Virus record (IMG/VR): IMGVR_UViG_3300030108_004854
Location: 1 to 64,000 of that record
Strand: one strand, 5' to 3'
Length of the DNA stretch: 64,000 bases
Source: a virus
Within the stretch, counting starts at the first letter, position 1, and the number at the start of each line of letters is the position of its first letter. The notes below the pieces were generated by a model. The model searched no databases and was not told the origin of the DNA. It saw nothing but the letters and a program-made list of their open reading frames with translations. The translations under genes and the position numbers were made by a program. Shown piece after piece: positions 46,153-56,158 of this stretch.

Positions 46153-48846
46153 TTACCCAGCCTCAAGAGCTGCAACTTTGGCCGAAAGTTCAGCAACAGC
46201 ACCAAGCAGTTTCATGATTAAAACGTCATTACTAATGCCCTTGTAGCTGTCGTCCAGCTCCTCGTAGGTAGCTGGTGTGACGTTACCTTCTTCGTCAGTA
46301 GTTTCAGGAGTTAACTCAGCACCTTGCTTGGTGCGGGCAATGGTTTTAACAATACCAGGGCAGATTATTTCAGCTTCTTGTGCAACGAGACCAAGGAAGC
46401 GTGTGTCTTTATCTGCAACAGGTGCATCAGCAGTCCAATCCCAGTTGCGCAGTTTTTTGCCAAGCGCGGTTATATCGGCAAGTTGAGAGTTTGCATCAGT
46501 AATGTTTTCTTTAAAACGTTGATCAGACGTTAAAACAGAACCTTGAGCTGATACGGTGCCAGCAAATAAGGCGGTTCCGTTTGCAAGTATCTGAGAAGTA
46601 GCTCCAGATGCTCCAGTTGTAAATCCACCAAACACAGCTCCTGTACTAGTAGTCCGGCTTGCTCTGATCCCACCAGCAGGAAATAATTTAACACCATCTG
46701 CATTTCCTGCACTGGGGTCGCCACCGATTGTAACTGCACTAGTAAAGCTGGCGCTGCCATTGTTACTTATGGAAAGAAAGTGAACTGATTGGTCCCCACT
46801 AGAAATGGCAAAATCAGGAGCAGCGTTGTGATTAACAAAACCTACTGTTACACCTCTTTCTCCTTCATTTACAAATTTTATTTTGGCCGGAGTTGAGCTA
46901 CTACTTAGCTCATTTATTTCCAATTTAGCGTCCGGACTACTCGTGCCTATGCCGAGATTGCCGGTTTCGGTAAGACGCATTTTCTCAGCAGTTCCTGTCC
47001 AAAAAAGAAGATCTCCTCCACCACTGTTATCAGCCCGGATGTTTAATCCATTAGAATTTGTATAAATAATTCCAGCTCTTGCATCACTGCCATAAAATTC
47101 AAGGTAAGAAGTCGACGTAGAAGCAGTAGTATTATTATCTGTAATTCTTAATCTAGGACCAGATGAAGACAGCTCTAGCAACTGAGCAGGACTACTAGTT
47201 CCAATGCCAAGGTTTCCTTCGTAGTCTATCGTTATCAATTCAGTATTGCTATTGCCAAAAGTAAATAATTCTGGAGAATCATTACTGAAGCCCCCAAATT
47301 CAATGTAACCGGCAAATACAGCATCAATATGTCTTTGTATTCTATGCCTTGCTGTTTGCCAGTTAGTACCATCTGCATTTCTTCTGCATGTAAAATTTAA
47401 ACGATCCTGATTCGTGGTATCAGATATAAGTCTCAAATTATCTAATTTATCGCCTGCAGTTGTGCCCAAGGCGTTGGTGGTGTTGCCTACGTCTAACAAA
47501 AACGTAGGAGTAGAATTCATAATTCCTACTTTTCCTGTGTCGTTGATTCTCATCCGTTCGGATACAGTACCAGATGAATCTTCACTATTAAATACAATTT
47601 GCCCTGCAGTTGTGTGACGGCTGTTAATTAATAAAGAGCTGCCTGATTTGTAAATCCTTGAAAGCGTATTACTAGAAGCTGTATCTTCAAAATACAAACT
47701 GACGGCAGATCCTGCCAAATGTAGCAAGCCACTTGGCGATATTGTGCCAATTCCAACGTTCCCTGTATAGGGAACAATCCGCATCCGCTCTGAGCCTGTT
47801 TGATTATTGTTTCGAGTATAAAAACTAAGTCCACCTCCAGAGATGCCATCAATCGCACCACCATCACCACTTGAGTTGTCAATTATTACTCGTGTATAAC
47901 CGCTAGTAGTTCTTTGAAAATGAGCAACTGTAAGACCTTCTTCGCCTCCGGGAGTTTTAACGTGCAGTCCAGAATCAGGATTTGTAACTCCAATTCCAAC
48001 ACTTCCTTCCGCGATATAGTTGTCACCGCCATCCGTATCTAATTGTGTTTTGATTGCACCTGCAGAGTCATAAAGCCTTAATAAACCATCGTCAGACGCA
48101 TCAGTTTGAAGAACCATTCCTCCGCCAGAACCATTATTTGCTCGCGCAGAAAAAAGCGATTGTTGAGTCCCAGATGCTTGAACGGTAAGTTTTGAACCAG
48201 GCGAAATAGTTCCAATCCCAATATTTCCGAGTGCATTTATGCGCATCCGTTCGACAGGACCCGCTCCTTCTTCAGTTGAAAACAACAATTCTGAATTGTC
48301 TGTTGACGAACCTAAACTTTGAATCGTGCAATCAGTAAAAGCAGTTCCAGTACGATTTCTGAAGTAAATAGTACTTCCTGTATCGTCACCTGTTCCCAGG
48401 TTTTCTAGAAATAGTAAATTTGGCGAATTTGTTGAATCAGTGGTACTAATATGAACTTTTCCTGAAGTACTCGTAACTCCAATCCCAAGATTACCTTGAA
48501 GATAGCTATCACCACTAACAACAATACCACTTGCAAAAACAACGTCTCCTTGAATGCTTGTATCTCCACTAACAACAATACCACTTGCAAAAACAACGTC
48601 TCCTTGAATGCGTGTATCTCCACTTATAGTTAAAGCACTGTCAACTAAAACATCATCTTCAAAAAAAGATTTTCCACTAACAGTTAAAATATTTTGAACA
48701 CTTAAATTTCCATTAACAGAAATATTTCCATTAAATGTAGGATTATTAACTAAACCAGAAATATACGCAGTTGCATTTCCTTCATTAGGAGCAACTCCAG
48801 TCGTGTAAGTAATATAGTCAACGCGAACTTCACCGTATTGAGCCAT
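46153..48846 (-). CDS. tail fibre with C-terminal peptidase S74 chaperone
   Basis: repeated ERMRI..GNVGIGTxSP units; SDQRFKENI...GLVAQE...coiled coil. Confidence 0.88.
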   Translation of the reverse strand: MAQYGEVRVDYITYTTGVAPNEGNATAYISGLVNNPTFNGNISVNGNLSVQNILTVSGKSFFEDDVLVDSALTISGDTRIQGDVVFASGIVVSGDTSIQGDVVFASGIVVSGDSYLQGNLGIGVTSTSGKVHISTTDSTNSPNLLFLENLGTGDDTGSTIYFRNRTGTAFTDCTIQSLGSSTDNSELLFSTEEGAGPVERMRINALGNIGIGTISPGSKLTVQASGTQQSLFSARANNGSGGGMVLQTDASDDGLLRLYDSAGAIKTQLDTDGGDNYIAEGSVGIGVTNPDSGLHVKTPGGEEGLTVAHFQRTTSGYTRVIIDNSSGDGGAIDGISGGGLSFYTRNNNQTGSERMRIVPYTGNVGIGTISPSGLLHLAGSAVSLYFEDTASSNTLSRIYKSGSSLLINSRHTTAGQIVFNSEDSSGTVSERMRINDTGKVGIMNSTPTFLLDVGNTTNALGTTAGDKLDNLRLISDTTNQDRLNFTCRRNADGTNWQTARHRIQRHIDAVFAGYIEFGGFSNDSPELFTFGNSNTELITIDYEGNLGIGTSSPAQLLELSSSGPRLRITDNNTTASTSTSYLEFYGSDARAGIIYTNSNGLNIRADNSGGGDLLFWTGTAEKMRLTETGNLGIGTSSPDAKLEINELSSSSTPAKIKFVNEGERGVTVGFVNHNAAPDFAISSGDQSVHFLSISNNGSASFTSAVTIGGDPSAGNADGVKLFPAGGIRASRTTSTGAVFGGFTTGASGATSQILANGTALFAGTVSAQGSVLTSDQRFKENITDANSQLADITALGKKLRNWDWTADAPVADKDTRFLGLVAQEAEIICPGIVKTIARTKQGAELTPETTDEEGNVTPATYEELDDSYKGISNDVLIMKLLGAVAELSAKVAALEAG
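48512..48624. repeat. 54-bp tandem duplication in the tail fibre gene
   Basis: encodes IQGDVVFASGIVVSGD twice. Confidence 0.85.
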
Positions 48847-48886
48847 GGTTCTTTTTAACGCTTAACACATATAGATGTATTCTACT

Positions 48887-50191
48887 TTATGCACTCCAAA
48901 TTGTTAAGACAAAACGGCCTTCACTGTTTCCTGTACCTGATTCAATTGTTATAGCTTTAGTTCCATTACAAGATGCACTAATACGTTCGCTTAAGTTATT
49001 GTAAAATCCTGTATTTTGATCATTTATAAAAGAAATACTAGGTGCATTTGCCGTTCCTGATGAAAATAAACCTTTTCCATTTACACGTAAATCATTTGAA
49101 ATTCTAACGTTATCAGAATAAATAGTATCAAATCCAGTAATCGTACCGCTACTTGTGCCTGAAAGTGTTTGAACTCCAGTTAATGTTCTAATAACTCCTG
49201 TTTGAGCTAAAATTGTTTGCCCAGAAACAGCCCCAGTAATGCTGATACCACTTGCAAAATAAGATTCACCACTAATAAATAAATCACCAATAACTGTTAA
49301 AGTACCGCTGATATTTTGATCACCTGAAAACTGCAGTCCAGATGCATTTAAATTATTAACATTAATTTGATTAAATTCACCCAAGTCGCCTGTTATTGTT
49401 GCTCCAGATATTGTGCCTGTCGCTTCTAAATTATTTGTATAAATATTTTGAAATGTTCCACTCTGTGTAATTAGTTGATTAAATTGACCAAGGTCACCTG
49501 TAATAGTGGCACCTGATATTGTGCCAGTTGCTTCAAGGCTATTGAGTTGTAAATTACCAGTAACATTAATATCACCAGTAATAGTTGCACTGCCTGTAAC
49601 AGTGAAATCATTAACAACAAGACTATCAAAGTTTCCACTTGTTACATCAAGAAATTGAGTAACACTAAGTTGGCTAATAGTACCAGAGCCAATATCAACA
49701 AAATCACCAGTAACATTAGTTCCTGATAAAAAATCAAAATAACCACTAGCAAAATCGGTAGTAGTACCATTAGCTATTACAAAATAACCACTTGCTGCTT
49801 CAATTGTTGTTGTATTAATCTGAGTAATATCAAGTTCTGTGGCAGTAATTCCACTAGCAACATTTAAATTGCCACTGGTATTAAAATTACCTGATGCAAC
49901 TACATTTTTTTGAAAAGCAACATTATTATGAAAATTAACAACGTTTTCAAAATTGCTTTCACCACTGACAGTTAAATAGCCAGAAATAATAACATTTCCA
50001 GGTATAAATGGATCAACTTCATTTACATTTATATAATACTGATCTAAATATGTACGAAAATTTGCAAACGTAATTTTTTTATTACGCAATGCAGGATCAA
50101 TCTCAAAGACGTGTACTAACGTCAGAAGATCTAAATCATTAATATCCGGTGGTAGTATGACCGGAAACTGAGTTATCCTGCGATTCGGCAC
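48887..50191 (-). CDS. tail fibre/spike-like beta-repeat protein
   Basis: 434 aa; SG/TG repeats, GTANAPSISF..DQNTGFY. Confidence 0.75.
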   Translation of the reverse strand: MPNRRITQFPVILPPDINDLDLLTLVHVFEIDPALRNKKITFANFRTYLDQYYINVNEVDPFIPGNVIISGYLTVSGESNFENVVNFHNNVAFQKNVVASGNFNTSGNLNVASGITATELDITQINTTTIEAASGYFVIANGTTTDFASGYFDFLSGTNVTGDFVDIGSGTISQLSVTQFLDVTSGNFDSLVVNDFTVTGSATITGDINVTGNLQLNSLEATGTISGATITGDLGQFNQLITQSGTFQNIYTNNLEATGTISGATITGDLGEFNQINVNNLNASGLQFSGDQNISGTLTVIGDLFISGESYFASGISITGAVSGQTILAQTGVIRTLTGVQTLSGTSSGTITGFDTIYSDNVRISNDLRVNGKGLFSSGTANAPSISFINDQNTGFYNNLSERISASCNGTKAITIESGTGNSEGRFVLTIWSA

Positions 50192-50230
50192 ACCACAACT
50201 TCCAACCTATTCTATTAATTATAGTTGGAG

Positions 50231-50677
50231 TTAATTGGATCTAATTTCAATGCGTGGCAAAATATTTGAAGTAAAATTCCATACTGCTTGTACACTTGTT
50301 ACTGCAATACAAGCCATAACAAAAACAACTAGTAACTCAGCTCTCGTTAGTCTTTGTTTAGTTGTTTTTACTTGAGTAGAAGGAAATTGATTTTGTTGTT
50401 GAGTTACAGGTTGCGCTGGTATATAACTAGATTGTGATGAAGTAGATGGAGTAGAAGGGGCTACTCTTTGTTGTGTTTTAATTTGTTGAATAGCTTGTTG
50501 CATTGCCATTTGTCTCATCGCTTCAAAATTAGGCACTGATGGAGTTGGTGGCTGAACAGAAGGCTGAGGTTGATTTTCAGTGGCAGCAGAAAACTCAACA
50601 GGATTTTCAAATCGTTGTCCGTTGGGATCAATATAATAAGCGCCTGGCTGATTGCTAGCAGTTACTTGCTCTTCCAT
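50231..50677 (-). CDS. Pro/Gln-rich protein with a C-terminal transmembrane helix
   Basis: LLVVFVMACIAVTSVQAVW. Confidence 0.65.
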   Translation of the reverse strand: MEEQVTASNQPGAYYIDPNGQRFENPVEFSAATENQPQPSVQPPTPSVPNFEAMRQMAMQQAIQQIKTQQRVAPSTPSTSSQSSYIPAQPVTQQQNQFPSTQVKTTKQRLTRAELLVVFVMACIAVTSVQAVWNFTSNILPRIEIRSN

Positions 50678-50721
50678 TGTGAAACCGTTAATGTATAGAA
50701 ACTGTAGCAGTTTTAGAAACC

Positions 50722-51159
50722 ATGTCGACAGAATTGTCAGACATTTCTTCTGAATTAAAAGGCATTCGTAACATTCTTGCTTCTATGTGGCATAGTCGCT
50801 ACAAAGATGGAGAAACGGATCAGGTTTCTCCTGAGATTTATGCTGATGAATACATTTCAACAGAAGAGTGTGCTCGTCGATTAGCAGTTAGTGACCAAAC
50901 CATTCGCAACTGGATTCTTCAAGGAAAAAAAGGTACCGGGTATGGTTGGACACAAGGCGTGCATTATATTACAATTCCTGTAGGTCCTCGTAAACAAATT
51001 ATTAGAATTCCTTGGAATCATCTAATACTTTCATTTGCTAAAGGCGAGGAAATAACATTAAGAAGTTTTGATAAAAATGGTTCCAAACTATATAGCCGTA
51101 AAGCTAGACCAGATCTGGACAACGTTCCAAATCCAAATGTTCCTGATGTTGACGACTAA
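50722..51159 (+). CDS. excisionase/MerR-type HTH protein
   Basis: YISTEECARRLAVSDQTIRNWI...GVHY. Confidence 0.75.
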   Translation: MSTELSDISSELKGIRNILASMWHSRYKDGETDQVSPEIYADEYISTEECARRLAVSDQTIRNWILQGKKGTGYGWTQGVHYITIPVGPRKQIIRIPWNHLILSFAKGEEITLRSFDKNGSKLYSRKARPDLDNVPNPNVPDVDD

Positions 51160-51650
51160 TGCCCCATCGTTTCGATGGTATCCATATAGATGCCCTTACA
51201 TTTGATAATTATCATGAATTATTACCAGAGGCTTTAGCTAAACAGTTAGATATGTTTGTGCCACCGCAAGGTTCGTTTAATGAACGGATTATGCGAAGAT
51301 ACATTCAATCTATTAAAGAGTTTGAATTAGAAGATCCCAATAGTCATACGACATTAGCAAATCGATTAAGGTTAGCATTTAAAGACATGCAACCAGAAAC
51401 AATTTGTTCTCGTTTTCCTAATGCAGATTTACCTTTAAAGCGGAGGCTTCGTTGTGTTGCTGAGTATTTAATTAGGTCTCAAGAGTTTATTAAAATGAAA
51501 GATAGCAATGGAAATCTAATAAAAAAACGTGGAATTCTTGGCAAAATGGTCGTTATCTATCAACCAATGCCTAAAATGTTAACAGTATTAAAGAAACAAG
51601 GGCTTTTAAAAGATGCAAAGAGAGGAGATGCTGCAGGAAGTCCTGGGTAA
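51159..51650 (+). CDS. hypothetical protein
   Basis: 163 aa, coupled to the previous gene. Confidence 0.7.
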   Translation: MPHRFDGIHIDALTFDNYHELLPEALAKQLDMFVPPQGSFNERIMRRYIQSIKEFELEDPNSHTTLANRLRLAFKDMQPETICSRFPNADLPLKRRLRCVAEYLIRSQEFIKMKDSNGNLIKKRGILGKMVVIYQPMPKMLTVLKKQGLLKDAKRGDAAGSPG

Positions 51651-51978
51651 AGATGGCAAAGCTGAGTATTTAGACTCAGTTGTTAAGCTAGTTTTAGGAG
51701 ATATGGGTAAGTTTTTTAAAGACTTTTGGGAAAGAGTAGGACCTGGAGTCATGGTCTTGCAACCAGGAGCAGAAGACAAGGGAATGTTTTGGCTGACATT
51801 GCCTCAACTGAACCAGGCAAAAGAAGATTCTGAATCCAAAGAGTTTCGTGATCACCTAGAGGTTATTCTTTGTGCTGCACAGAAAATTGATCCAATGAAG
51901 AAAGCTGGTTACATGATCTGGGATGAACGTGGCACCCGTTATTTTGAAGTAGATTACGAGAAAGAGAAACAAGAATAA
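51613..51978 (+). CDS. hypothetical protein
   Basis: 121 aa in the operon. Confidence 0.65.
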   Translation: MQREEMLQEVLGKDGKAEYLDSVVKLVLGDMGKFFKDFWERVGPGVMVLQPGAEDKGMFWLTLPQLNQAKEDSESKEFRDHLEVILCAAQKIDPMKKAGYMIWDERGTRYFEVDYEKEKQE

Positions 51979-52571
51979 TGGGACTACAACGCGGCAATCA
52001 ACGTGTTGAAGATTTTGAATGGATCACTAATCGTGATTTAGTTGATTCAGCTCATTATGTACTAGGTGGTATTGACTTAGATCCAGCTAGTTCTAAGGTT
52101 GCTAATGAGTATGTCAACGCAAAGAACTTCTATACAATTACTGATGATGGCTTGAATGAGCAGGAGTGGCATGGGAATGTTTACCTATTCCCTCCTGCTA
52201 AATCTTATTTCTGGCATAAAAAGTCACAACGTTGGAAGACAACAAGGGGCCTATCGCCTACATTGATTTCAGGTCAGGCAATCTGGTGGAAAGCCTTAAA
52301 GCGTAAGTGGTTGTCTGGTGAAATTGAATCCGGTATTTATTTTACAAACTACATGGACATGGCTATGTATTGTCAAGATATTTTTGATCATCCTGTTTGC
52401 ATTATGGCTAGCAGGCCTACTTTAATTAGGCATTATTTTCATGAAGATAAGTTTACTCGTCAGAACACTGCAACATCAATGATTGTTTATTTGCAGCCAC
52501 GCAATAACGTGGAAGAATCAACCCAATGTTTTGTAGAAACCTATCAACCAAAGGGCAGAGTTTTACTGTAG
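51978..52571 (+). CDS. phage N6-adenine DNA methyltransferase-like protein (atypical motif IV)
   Basis: EWIT, GGIDLDPASS..AN, DDGL.QEWHGNVYLFPPA. Confidence 0.7.
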   Translation: MGLQRGNQRVEDFEWITNRDLVDSAHYVLGGIDLDPASSKVANEYVNAKNFYTITDDGLNEQEWHGNVYLFPPAKSYFWHKKSQRWKTTRGLSPTLISGQAIWWKALKRKWLSGEIESGIYFTNYMDMAMYCQDIFDHPVCIMASRPTLIRHYFHEDKFTRQNTATSMIVYLQPRNNVEESTQCFVETYQPKGRVLL

Positions 52572-52594
52572 AGTTATAAAACTGCTTATGAAAT

Positions 52595-53179
52595 ATGAGC
52601 GTTTTAAGCGACCAAGAGATTAAAAATCTAGCTTTAGATGGCATGATCTCACCCTTCTCAGATCGTCTTATAAATGAGCAAAATGGTATTAGGTTGCTAA
52701 GCTATGGACTTAGCTCATATGGTTATGACATTCGTTTGTCACCTAGTCAGTGTCTTTTATTCGGCGGTGTCCAGCACGGAATGTGTGACGCTAAAAACTT
52801 TGATCCAAATATTTTAAAGGAGACAGAGCTTCATAAAGATGAGCGAGGGCACTATTTTATTCTTCCTCCTTTTGGCTATTGTCTGGGCGTTGCTGTTGAA
52901 CGCTTGGCTTTACCCCGCGACGTTACCGTTGTCGCAGTGGGCAAAAGTACATACGCAAGGGCAGGAATTATGGCAAACATTACACCTGCTGAGGCTGGCT
53001 GGGAAGGTCATTTAACTTTAGAAATCAGTAATTGCACGCCTTTATTCAATCGTATTTATGCAAACGAAGGAATATGTCAGCTATTGTTTTATCGTGGTAA
53101 ACCATGCAGTACCAGTTACCAGGAGCGTAAAGGAAAGTATCAGAAACAGCCGGCTGAAGTAGTATTTAGCAAGGTTTAA
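52595..53179 (+). CDS. dcd: dCTP deaminase
   Basis: SYGLSSYGYDIRL, GKSTYARAG, TPAEAGWEGHLTLE, YANEGICQ. Confidence 0.95.
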   Translation: MSVLSDQEIKNLALDGMISPFSDRLINEQNGIRLLSYGLSSYGYDIRLSPSQCLLFGGVQHGMCDAKNFDPNILKETELHKDERGHYFILPPFGYCLGVAVERLALPRDVTVVAVGKSTYARAGIMANITPAEAGWEGHLTLEISNCTPLFNRIYANEGICQLLFYRGKPCSTSYQERKGKYQKQPAEVVFSKV

Positions 53180-53526
53180 AACTTACCAAATGTGGCTTGA
53201 GGTTTATCTGCATAATTCGTAGAGCCTGCATAAGGAAAATCATCGCCTTGTGTAAAACCCGTCAATGCTCCTGATCTATCTGTATATGGCTGATCATACA
53301 TCCGTTTTTTCCGGAACTTACCAGCACTACGAGCTGCTTTCAGCGACTTTTCAACACGATTCTGTTTTGCTTCACCCGCCGCATCACCTAGACGTGCGGT
53401 CCTGCGTTCCACTGGATCTAAAGAACGTAGGTCAACATCATACGAATCTTCAGGATTAAGATCAGAATTAAACTTTACTGACGTTCCAGAATCTTTAGAT
53501 GCGTCGTAAGTAGGTGAGTAAGCCAT
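53176..53526 (-). CDS. hypothetical protein
   Basis: 116 aa ORF. Confidence 0.65.
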   Translation of the reverse strand: MAYSPTYDASKDSGTSVKFNSDLNPEDSYDVDLRSLDPVERRTARLGDAAGEAKQNRVEKSLKAARSAGKFRKKRMYDQPYTDRSGALTGFTQGDDFPYAGSTNYADKPQATFGKF

Positions 53527-53928
53527 ATGTCAATTATAATTAGGGTAAACCGTGGCTTAAAGATGGGCTTTTTAAATAGTTTTATGGGTAACAATAATAC
53601 CCTTAAAGAGCGTATGACTACGCTTGATACCTTTGGTCAACCTTTAGACAATAAGGCTAATGATGTACCTATGTACGATCAATACAATACTGGTTTAGCA
53701 GTAACGCAAGAAAATATGTCAGATCGTGTTAACTTAGCAGTAGATCCACGAGCACAACCAAGATGCGGGTTAACGGGAATGATTCCATCGATGGAGGAAG
53801 GAATAATGCACGGAGCAATGCCACAGCCAAGGCAATTAGTGGTGGACATGGGACAACTTTCACCGGAGGAAATGGAGTTAGCAAAGGAGAATCAACGCCG
53901 GATGGTGTCTGGTTTCAACCGGTCGTAG
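53527..53928 (+). CDS. hypothetical protein (likely start 53563)
   Basis: ORF of the track. Confidence 0.55.
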   Translation: MSIIIRVNRGLKMGFLNSFMGNNNTLKERMTTLDTFGQPLDNKANDVPMYDQYNTGLAVTQENMSDRVNLAVDPRAQPRCGLTGMIPSMEEGIMHGAMPQPRQLVVDMGQLSPEEMELAKENQRRMVSGFNRS

Positions 53929-53939
53929 ATAATGAAATA

Positions 53940-54194
53940 ATGGATTGCCCTGGGGGTGTATGCCCAGTCCCCTGGGCAACTAAAGAAGTAGATAATGTCA
54001 ACCATCCTCCGCATTACACGGAGGGTGGGATTGAGTGTATTGAAGCCATCGAAGCACAGCTAACGCCAGAAGAATATAAAGGGTACCTAAAAGGTAACGT
54101 TGCCAAGTATATCTGGAGAGAAAAACATAAAGGGGGTATTGAGTCACTTAAAAAAGCCCAATGGTATTTAACTAAGTTAATTGTTTTAGACTAA
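53940..54194 (+). CDS. DUF3310 family protein
   Basis: DNVNHPPHYT.GGIECIEAI...GNVAKYIWR..KGG.ESLKKAQWYL; start at MDCPGG uncertain. Confidence 0.85.
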   Translation: MDCPGGVCPVPWATKEVDNVNHPPHYTEGGIECIEAIEAQLTPEEYKGYLKGNVAKYIWREKHKGGIESLKKAQWYLTKLIVLD

Positions 54195-54214
54195 TTATTA
54201 GTTATTTTAAAACT

Positions 54215-54499
54215 ATGCCTGGTCGTTCTGCTGGTTACGATTCTGAACCTAGATACGATAAAAAAACAATTAACATGTTGGCAAACATGTCAACTAGGGA
54301 TCGTAACAAATTTGTTCGTGATAATGCTAGTGCTGCCTCTGGCGGAGGTGGAATGAAAGGTCTTGCTAAAGGTGCAAAAACGACTGCTAAAGAAGCACGA
54401 GCAGCAGGTGATAGAGACACTGCCAAAGCAGCACGTAAATTAGCTCGTAAAGCTGATCGTACTGTTGCTCGTCGTAAAGCACGTCGCGCTGCAAAATAA
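54215..54499 (+). CDS. small Ala/Arg/Lys-rich basic protein
   Basis: AKAARKLARKADRTVARRKARRAAK. Confidence 0.6.
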   Translation: MPGRSAGYDSEPRYDKKTINMLANMSTRDRNKFVRDNASAASGGGGMKGLAKGAKTTAKEARAAGDRDTAKAARKLARKADRTVARRKARRAAK

Positions 54500-54817
54500 C
54501 TAATCCCGCTGACGCCAATCATCAGTTTTATCTTGGCTAAACCATTGAGCAATATCATCAGGGCCGCTAAATGTGGTCCGATGGTTTGCTGGATCTGGAT
54601 CACCAAGGTCCAGAGTGTTCATAAAATCATCTAAACCGCCTTCTGCCATATCAGGATTATGGGCTTTACGGCGAGCTTGATTCAACATAGAAAGGGCTGA
54701 TTTGTTAGCTTTTGCTAACTTCTCGGCCCAAATCATATCATCTAGTTTTACTTCTTCAGATTTAGCAATTCGATTACAGATAAACTGCAGACGCAGACGG
54801 TAATTATTTGACAGCAT
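54500..54817 (-). CDS. conserved cyanophage hypothetical protein
   Basis: MLS..YRLRL.FIC.RI...DMIWAEKLAKAN...DDWRQRD. Confidence 0.75.
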   Translation of the reverse strand: MLSNNYRLRLQFICNRIAKSEEVKLDDMIWAEKLAKANKSALSMLNQARRKAHNPDMAEGGLDDFMNTLDLGDPDPANHRTTFSGPDDIAQWFSQDKTDDWRQRD

Positions 54818-54840
54818 AAACTTATTGCTATCACTAAATT

Positions 54841-55221
54841 CTAACTGAAAACTGTAGGTGGCTCTTCATCGTCTTCTAATTCATTTTTTAATTCGTCTGG
54901 ATCAACTTCCATCATGAATTTAGCAATAGCCAGTTCTTGCAGCTCGATATCAGATGGAATATTAAACTCAACTTCTACACCTTCATTAGTTAAAATATCG
55001 CGTACAGCTTGAATTTCTAGTAATCTCCGACTGTATAAATTCAATAGGGCAATACGCATTTGATCCCAAGTCATCTCTTCAGAGGCTAATTCTGCTTTAC
55101 GCATTGCAAGCTGAAGATGTAATGGCATCTGATATTGCTTTAGGCTACTGTCTTCCATATCGAAGATTATTGCTTTAGATATTCTACTTCCAGTGTTGGT
55201 AGATTGTTTGTAATTCGGCAA
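54841..55221 (-). CDS. hypothetical protein (likely start 55159)
   Basis: LHLQLAMRKAEL helical ORF. Confidence 0.6.
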   Translation of the reverse strand: MPNYKQSTNTGSRISKAIIFDMEDSSLKQYQMPLHLQLAMRKAELASEEMTWDQMRIALLNLYSRRLLEIQAVRDILTNEGVEVEFNIPSDIELQELAIAKFMMEVDPDELKNELEDDEEPPTVFS

Positions 55222-55846
55222 GAGAAAAATCTAGTAATTCTGTATCTTTTTCATAATTATTAGCAAAATTAGAAAGGGCATAGGGGCTGATATGTTGTTG
55301 AAGTTCTCTGATAGCATCAACTTGCCCTTTAGAAGCTGTATATTCTCTAAAGGCTTTTAGCAAAATATCTTTAGACAAAATAGTCATTTCGTCTTGTTCT
55401 TTCATAAATAAACGAACTTCATGGCGTCTTCGATCGATTAACCCACCGACTACTTTGTGATCGTTATCAAAAATCCAACAAGATATTTCTTTAATTGTTT
55501 CGCTATAGTCTTCATCATCTAATGTGTCAATAATATTGGAATATAAAAAGGTATCCCAGCCAACTGAGTGTGCAAATGATGCTAAAGCACAGACTTGATT
55601 TTCATCAAGGCCAAGATTTAATTCTTCAATTTGAGTACCAATAACTTCTATTTCATGTTTTAAAAATTCTAAAGCCTTTGTTGGTGTTATATACTGTCCT
55701 TTTTTAACAGGGCTCCCATCAGGATAAAACTGTGTGCCATAACCAATAGTATAAGGATCACTACCTGTATCTGGATCAAAGTATGCTTTTTCGCTAAAAC
55801 CTTCAAAAGTTTTAATGATTAATAAAGCCTCCGTGTATGGATACAT
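55184..55846 (-). CDS. lysozyme, GH24 family
   Basis: IKTFEGF...AYFDP....PYTIGYGT; ALASFAHSVG; GLIDRRRHE. Confidence 0.85.
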   Translation of the reverse strand: MYPYTEALLIIKTFEGFSEKAYFDPDTGSDPYTIGYGTQFYPDGSPVKKGQYITPTKALEFLKHEIEVIGTQIEELNLGLDENQVCALASFAHSVGWDTFLYSNIIDTLDDEDYSETIKEISCWIFDNDHKVVGGLIDRRRHEVRLFMKEQDEMTILSKDILLKAFREYTASKGQVDAIRELQQHISPYALSNFANNYEKDTELLDFSLAELQTIYQHWK

Positions 55847-55875
55847 TAATAGTCTGCATATGCCATTAGTTTACA

Positions 55876-55989
55876 TTATTTTCCTTGTCCTCGTCGTAAT
55901 TTTTTATCTCCTTTAGGAGTAGAATGTTTTCCTTGCCCTTGTTTAGTTTTTTTAGGTTTTGCAGGGATAAAGTTGCTTTCTTTAGTCAT
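55876..55989 (-). CDS. small basic protein
   Basis: 37 aa MTKESNFIPAKPKKTKQGQGKHS...RGQGK, translated by hand. Confidence 0.6.
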   Translation of the reverse strand: MTKESNFIPAKPKKTKQGQGKHSTPKGDKKLRRGQGK

Positions 55990-56158
55990 CTTCATAAGAT
56001 ATTTCACACACTATACTAAATAAAAAAATCTTTAAATGTCGATAATATTCTTGTTGTTCTGGGTCTCCACCAGGCCAATACTTTAATGCATCACAAACCG
56101 CTTGGTACAAGTGGCTTACATCTTCAGTTGATAACTCTATTTGAACGCTATTTACCAT
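55982..56158 (-). CDS. small hypothetical protein
   Basis: 58 aa MVNSVQIELS...YWPGGDPEQQEY, translated by hand. Confidence 0.6.
   Translation of the reverse strand: MVNSVQIELSTEDVSHLYQAVCDALKYWPGGDPEQQEYYRHLKIFLFSIVCEISYEDD

Noticed and set aside
46153-50191. Diversity-generating retroelement acting on the tail fibres
   Set aside because: No reverse transcriptase and no adenine-variant template/variable repeat pair seen
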